Assembly (NCBI GenBank): GCA_964016885.1
Contig: OZ024745.1
Coordinates: 104,904,001 to 104,968,000, forward strand
Direction of reading: 5' to 3'
DNA: 64,000 nucleotides
Origin: Eledone cirrhosa
Lineage: Eukaryota
Position 1 is the first letter of the stretch. Each line of letters opens with the position of its first letter. The notes under the pieces were generated by a model. The model ran no database searches. It was given only the letters and a program-made list of their open reading frames with translations, and was not told the origin of the DNA. The position numbers and the translations under genes were made by a program. Shown piece by piece: positions 63,252-64,000 of the stretch.

Positions 63252-64000
63252 CCCCTTCCTTCCTCAGTCATCTCTAGTGTGTGACATCATCACCCCTTCC
63301 TTCCTCAGTCATCTCTAGTGTGTGACATCACCACCCCTTCCTTCCTCAGTCATCTCTTGTGTGTGACATCACCACCCCTTCCTTCCTCAGTCATCTCTTG
63401 TGCGTGACATCACCATACCTTCCTTCCTCAATCATCTCTTATGTGTGACATCACCACCCTTTCCTTACTTAGTCATCTCTAGTGTGTGACATCACCACCC
63501 CTTCCTTCCTCAGTCATCTCTTGTGTGTGACATCACCACCCCTTCCTTCCTCAGTCATCTCTTGTGTGTGACATCACCACCCCTTCCTTCCTCAGTCATC
63601 TCTTGTGTGTGACATCATTACCCCTTCCTTCCTCAGTCATCTCTAGTGTGTGACATCACCACCCCTTCCTTCCTCAGTCATCTCTAGTGTGTGACATCAC
63701 CACCCCTTCCTTCCTCAGTCATCTCTTGTGTGTGACATCACCACCCCTTCCTTCCTCAGTCATCTCTTGTGTGTGACATCACCACACCTTCCTTCCTCAG
63801 TCATCTCTTGTGTGTGACATCACCACCCCTTCCTTCCTCAGTCATCTCTAGTGTGTGACATCACCACCCCTTCCTTCCTCAGTCATCTCTTGTGTGTGAC
63901 ATCACCACCCCTTCCTTCCTCAGTCATCTCTTGTGTGTGACATCACCACCCCTTCCTTCCTCAGTCATCTCTAGTGTGTGACATCACCACCCCTTCCTTC
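63252..64000 (+). repeat. 41-bp minisatellite, at least 18 copies, running off the window
   Basis: Unit CCCCTTCCTTCCTCAGTCATCTCT(T/A)GTGTGTGACATCACCA. Confidence 0.97.

Noticed and set aside
62048-64000. CRISPR-like appearance of the regular repeats
   Set aside because: The units are contiguous with no unique spacers, there are no cas genes, and the context is eukaryotic.

Overview
AT-rich, repeat-saturated animal genomic DNA. The SINE/LINE repertoire and the (TA)n load suggest a cephalopod (octopus-like) genome; this is an inference. The only host coding sequence I can support is three in-phase + strand exons (7520-7560, 15134-15252, 34030-34160) of a TTLL6/TTLL13-type tubulin polyglutamylase, so most of the window is intron. 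The introns hold an apparently intact RTE-clade LINE with a PHD-like finger inside its RT region and many RTE 3'-end copies with a covarying terminal stem-loop. They also hold a Penelope-like element with an inverted pLTR, R4/Dong, CR1 and CRE-like LINE relics, two tRNA-SINE families, a deleted DD41D-type mariner, piggyBac- and hAT-type MITEs, a non-autonomous Helitron and three satellites. The strongest unannotated signal is about ten minimal type I hammerhead ribozyme motifs from several unrelated sequence families. Some have unusually long helix II inserts, several sit in head-to-head inverted pairs, and most lie next to (TA)n arrays, which points to a diverse PLE/retrozyme-like population. 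Most ORF-track entries are microsatellite or antisense artefacts. All alignments and folds were done by eye.
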